NCBI RefSeq assembly: GCF_006345805.1
Contig: NC_042998.1
Location: forward strand, 186,868,001-186,932,000
Length of the DNA: 64,000 nt
DNA from: Octopus sinensis
Lineage: Eukaryota
Direction of reading: 5' to 3'
The translations under genes were made by a program, and so were the position numbers. Every line of letters begins with the position of its first letter. Positions within the stretch are counted from its first letter, which is position 1. The notes beneath the pieces were generated by a model. That model searched no databases, had not been told where the DNA came from, and saw only the letters and a program-made list of their open reading frames with translations. Shown here piece by piece: positions 59,646 through 64,000 of the stretch.

Positions 59646-60474
59646 GATAAGCTAACCCAAACCAGAATCGAACCCACAAATCAACACTAACAAGGCTCCT
59701 TGTGAATCCGATTGGGCCAAACACTCACCCAGCAATTTCAGCCAAATTTAGTTACTTTGTCTAAAACTCCATATAATATTTGTAAACAAACCTGAAAGGC
59801 TTTGTAAGTTATGGAGAGAAAGCTACTATGAAGAATAAAATATTATGATATAGAAATATACAGTCATCATTATACTATGAGTCTTCCATAGTAGCTTTCT
59901 CTCCATAATTTACAAAGCTTTTCAGGTTTACTCTTTTACCCTTTCACTTGTTTCAGTCATTTGACTGCGGCCATGCTGGAGCACCGCCTTTAGTCGAGCA
60001 AATCGACCCCGGGACTTATTCTTTGTAAGCCCAGTACTTATTCTATTGTTCTCTTTTGCCGAACCGTTAAGTAACGGGGACGTAAACACACCAGCATCGG
60101 TTGTCAAGCAATGCTAGGGGGATAAACACACACACACAAACACATATATATACATATATACGACAGGCTTCTTTCAGTTTCCGTCTACCAAATCCACTCA
60201 CAAGGCATTGGTTGGCGCGGGGCTATAGTAGAAGACACTTGCCCAAGATGCCACACAGTGGGACTGAACCCGGAACCATGTAGTTGGTAAGCAAGCTACT
60301 TACCACACAGCCACTCCTGCGCCTTGTTTACAAATATTATAGTATTAGACAGTTTAAGTATATATTAACTAAATTTGGCTGAAACTGATGGGTGAGCATT
60401 TGGCCCTATCAGATGCACAAGGAGCTGTGTTAGCGTTGATTTGTGGGTTTGATTCTGGCTAGGGTTAGCTCATC
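59646..60474. mobile_element. Fold-back element (about 185-bp arms) with a SINE C inserted in the right arm
   Basis: 59646-59830 pairs with 59884-59928 plus 60324-60474. Confidence 0.78.
59929..60323 (-). mobile_element. SINE family C, full length
   Basis: Reverse complement of the consensus. Confidence 0.9.
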
Positions 60475-60589
60475 AATTTTCAGTCATTTGTTTCTATTTA
60501 AAAACTGTCGCTTCAAATTGGAGAAAAACTATTACTATATATTATAGTTACATATATACACACACATACACAAATTATATATATATATA

Positions 60590-60784
60590 CTCTTTTACTC
60601 TTATTTGTTGCAGTCATTTAACTGTGGCCATGCTGGAGCACCGCCTTTAGTCAAGCAAATCGACTCCAGGACTTATTCTTTATAAGCCTAGTACTTATTC
60701 TATCAATCTCTTTTGCCAAACCGCTAAGTTACGGGGACATAAACACACCACCATCGCTTGTCAAGCGATGTTGGGGGAACAAAC

Positions 60785-60873
<89 letters not shown>

Positions 60874-61018
60874 GCTTCTTTCACTAAATCCACTCACAAG
60901 GCTTTGGTTGGCCTGAGGCTATAGAAGACACTTGCCCAAAGTGCCACGCAGTGGGACTGAACCCAGAATCATGTGGTTCATAAGCAAGCTACTTACCACA
61001 CAGTCACTCCTACACCTG
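60590..61018 (-). mobile_element. SINE family C with an expanded internal (CA)/(TA) tract
   Basis: Reverse complement of the consensus. Confidence 0.88.
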
Positions 61019-61084
61019 TACTTACCACACAGCCAGCACTCCTATATATGTGTGTGTGTGTGTGTGTGTATGTGTATAATCAGA

Positions 61085-61500
61085 GGAGCTGGAGTCAACA
61101 AGAACGAATATGGTTGGACAGTTATTTTTAATTGCTACAATTGTTTCAATGCAACGTAGTTCTCCAAGAATACAGGTAACTGATCATGTAACCATTTGTT
61201 TGCATAATGAGATCTAGTTGTGTTTCCTCAGGAGATATGCAAGTGTTGCCTCCATTAGTTTAAAATTGTTGACTTCAAGGCTATCCCCTACGTGCGTTGT
61301 GGTTTGAATTTAGTAGTAGCTGATAGACTCATGGTGTGTGCTGCCAGAGTGTTTGGTGGACTGCTGTGAATGATAAATGGTTATTTTGGTACTGGTTAGC
61401 ATTTGAATAAGATAGGTATTTCATTTGGTTGTATCACTGATCTGTTCTTCATGGTTGGCTACATATGTGGATTTCTTTAGCTGATCTTTAGTATTCAGTG
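61085..61500 (-). mobile_element. Possible old Penelope-like 3' end
   Basis: 61090-61145 resembles the reverse complement of 63665-63725 (GAAACAATTG...AATAACTG..CAACCATA..GTTGACT); faint GIY-YIG-like peptide. Confidence 0.35.
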
Positions 61501-61994
61501 GTCTGATACATACACACATATACAGGCTCACACATACACTCCCACACACAAACATGTATATATGCCTATATACACACATACATACATACACACACATATA
61601 CATACATTCATATATAAGTGCATACACATATACATATATTAATATACGTACACCCATGTTCTCCCACTCACACACATGCCTGTGTGCATGCACATATATC
61701 CACATGCATTTATATATAGATACAAATACACATATGCTCACATACAAATACATTCATATACATATGTATGTATATACACACATGCATAAATACAAATATA
61801 TACATACACATATATATCTACACAAACAAGTAGATACTTTCATGAACTGTAGACAAGAGGGTGGGCACTTGTTCATATAAATAGGGAGATCAGAACAATC
61901 TGACACATGTACACGTTTTTTGGTGGGGGAGTTTACTGAATTATCATTAGTTATTATTCATAATATTATTTGACAGTGCTGGGTCTAGGGATGG

Positions 61995-62067
<73 letters not shown>

Positions 62068-62149
62068 GTGCAGGCAGACAAACATGTATATTTAGGTAGG
62101 GTTGAAAAAAGGGGAGTGGGGGAACTCCCTGAATTATTATTATTTCACA

Positions 62150-63005
62150 GTGTCTAATCTTGAGAATGCATGTTTGGCATGGTGGGAACATCTTGGGATT
62201 TTCTCAGCATGCTTATTTTACCAAGTTTTCATTACTCAGCAGGATGCATAAGGCTTCCTCAAGGCAAAGATCACATGTACTAGACAGCATATTGTATGGG
62301 TGTGCATTTTTTTTTTTTATTATAGACCATTCCGTTTGGTATTTAATTCTTCCTTCCCTCAATCTCCATATTAGGTCTGCTGGTGAAGTTGCATGTCGTC
62401 TGTTTACCTTTCAGAATGAGGAGATATGGTGGGGATAACTAACGTTAAATTGGTTTTGTATTCTGGTATGGTGATTGTGCATTTGCATATTATGTTTTTT
62501 AGGACACATTAGTTCATGAGTGGACATGCAGATTTCCTGCAGCAGGTGCAGTTATTTGTACTATTATTATTTTCATATCTATCTGATGACTTGTTTTTGT
62601 TTTTGAAATGTCCTGTCTGATTGTCTGTGTCTGAAGCGTTCCTGATGTTGTATTTTTTTTTTTGAGTTTTTGCTTTGATCTTACTGCAACTGTCATGTAC
62701 ATTATCCAAGTTTTTGTGATCTTTGTTTTGTTTATTTTTGTTACTGGTCCTATATCCTGTGTTGTTTTGATTTGTTTGTTCATTGTCTGCAGATGTTGTT
62801 AGCATGTTTATTTTCCTATTGTTGTATTTACATATGCAGTATTCCATGTTGTTAGATGTTGCATATGATATTTTCACTGTATGCTTGTTGAATATACAAT
62901 GGTATTTAGGGAATTGTTTTCCTAACTTGGATGATATTTGCAGTCTGAAAATTGGATTACACCATAAAACTAAGATTGGTCTTTCCTTATGGTTGCACAC
63001 TTAGA
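62150..63005 (-). mobile_element. Penelope-like element, linker and GIY-YIG C-terminal part
   Basis: LWCNPIF...FPKYHCIFNKHTVKISY, CTCCRKSACPL, YQTEWSII, CDLCLEEALCIL. Confidence 0.82.
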
Positions 63006-63019
63006 AGGTTACATGATGG

Positions 63020-63660
63020 TTTATGAAAACAGAAAAAACAAAAAATTCCAAATTTATACAATTAGATATGGTTAGCTACTACTCCACAATTAACCCTATA
63101 ATACTAAATAAAGTACTCATATTCACAATGAAAAATTCTAGCTTATCTAAGTCAGATGTAGACATGATATTAACAGCTCATCAAACCATTATTATTTACG
63201 ATAAGTAATGGACTAGACCAAATAGAGCTAATTCTTTTGATATAACAATGGGATCGAACGACTCAGCTCAGGTAATGGATAGCATTGAAATCTACCTCTT
63301 ATTCCACATCAAATCTGAATTCCCACAAATAATGGGGTAGGGGGCTATACAGGGACAATGCCCTTTACCTAATCAAAAACTCTATAAATTATTTATATTA
63401 TTTAGAAATTTTGGCCTTTCTATAACCATAAACTGTCATTATCGTAAGGTAAACTTCCTAAATGCAACCTTTAACTTAGAAACAGGCCTGTGCAAACCAT
63501 ATCACAGGCCAAAAAAGTGCCTAAGATAGATAAATGTAAAGTCCAATCATCCACCATCCATAACCAAAGGAATAGTTAAGAACATAGCCACCAGAATATC
63601 ACGACTATCAGCTACAGAAGAAATATTTACACACATGCACCGTACTACAATGAAGCACTT
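63020..63660 (+). mobile_element. Penelope-like element, RT part (inverted relative to 62150-63005)
   Basis: FIQLDMVSYYSTI, FDITMGSNDSAQV, GLYRDN, FLNATFNLETG..KPYH, SNHPP-like, APYYNEAL; with stops and frameshifts. Confidence 0.85.
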
Positions 63661-64000
63661 GTGTCGAAACAATTGCAGTGATTAAAAAAAATAACTGTTC
63701 AACCATACTCCTTGTTGACTTCAATTTATTCAATTTTACATTCACACACGACAAATGCCCAAACAAACTTGGAAGTATATATAATAATACTACTAGATAG
63801 TAGTGGGAAATTCTAAAGGTGGACAAGCTTTATACTGTTCTCTACCACATTCCTAATGGAATATACCAAACTATTTATATATATATATGCTAATATTGAA
63901 CAGTCAGAATGAGTACTCAATGCTGTATTGGGGGATAAATATTTGTGGGTTAACAGGGAAACCAATGGTTTCCAGTGAGGTGATCTCAATTGTTGAAGCA

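Overview
AT-rich, repeat-dense animal genomic DNA. The SINE, RTE and R4 repeat content points to an octopus (Octopus sp.) genome; this is inference, no database was searched. One protein-coding gene is supported, on the minus strand: a RAI1/TCF20-family chromatin protein. Its hand-assembled CDS is 54440-54342, 53337-48337, 38302-38209, 36072-36023 and 32840-32793 (about 1763 aa). It has polyQ, a GRP/AT-hook-like basic patch and a split extended PHD finger, plus a probable 3'-UTR exon at about 22602-20225. The rest is mobile DNA: three tRNA-headed SINE families, many 5'-truncated RTE LINE ends, R4/Dong-type RLE LINE fragments stacked in (TAA)n, Penelope-like pieces, Tc1/mariner/pogo, TTAA and 8-bp-TSD MITEs, two Helitrons and many microsatellites. 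The most striking unexplained structures are two type-I hammerhead-ribozyme folds with the same atypical core. One has a long, G.U-rich stem II between direct repeats (14751-14853, +). The other caps the loop of a 350-bp fold-back element (3794-3846, -). Also notable are a (TAA)n-anchored stack of R4/Dong fragments with an ORF-less partner element, and a Penelope copy with a twin-priming-like inversion. Repeat boundaries were read by eye and may be off by some bases.
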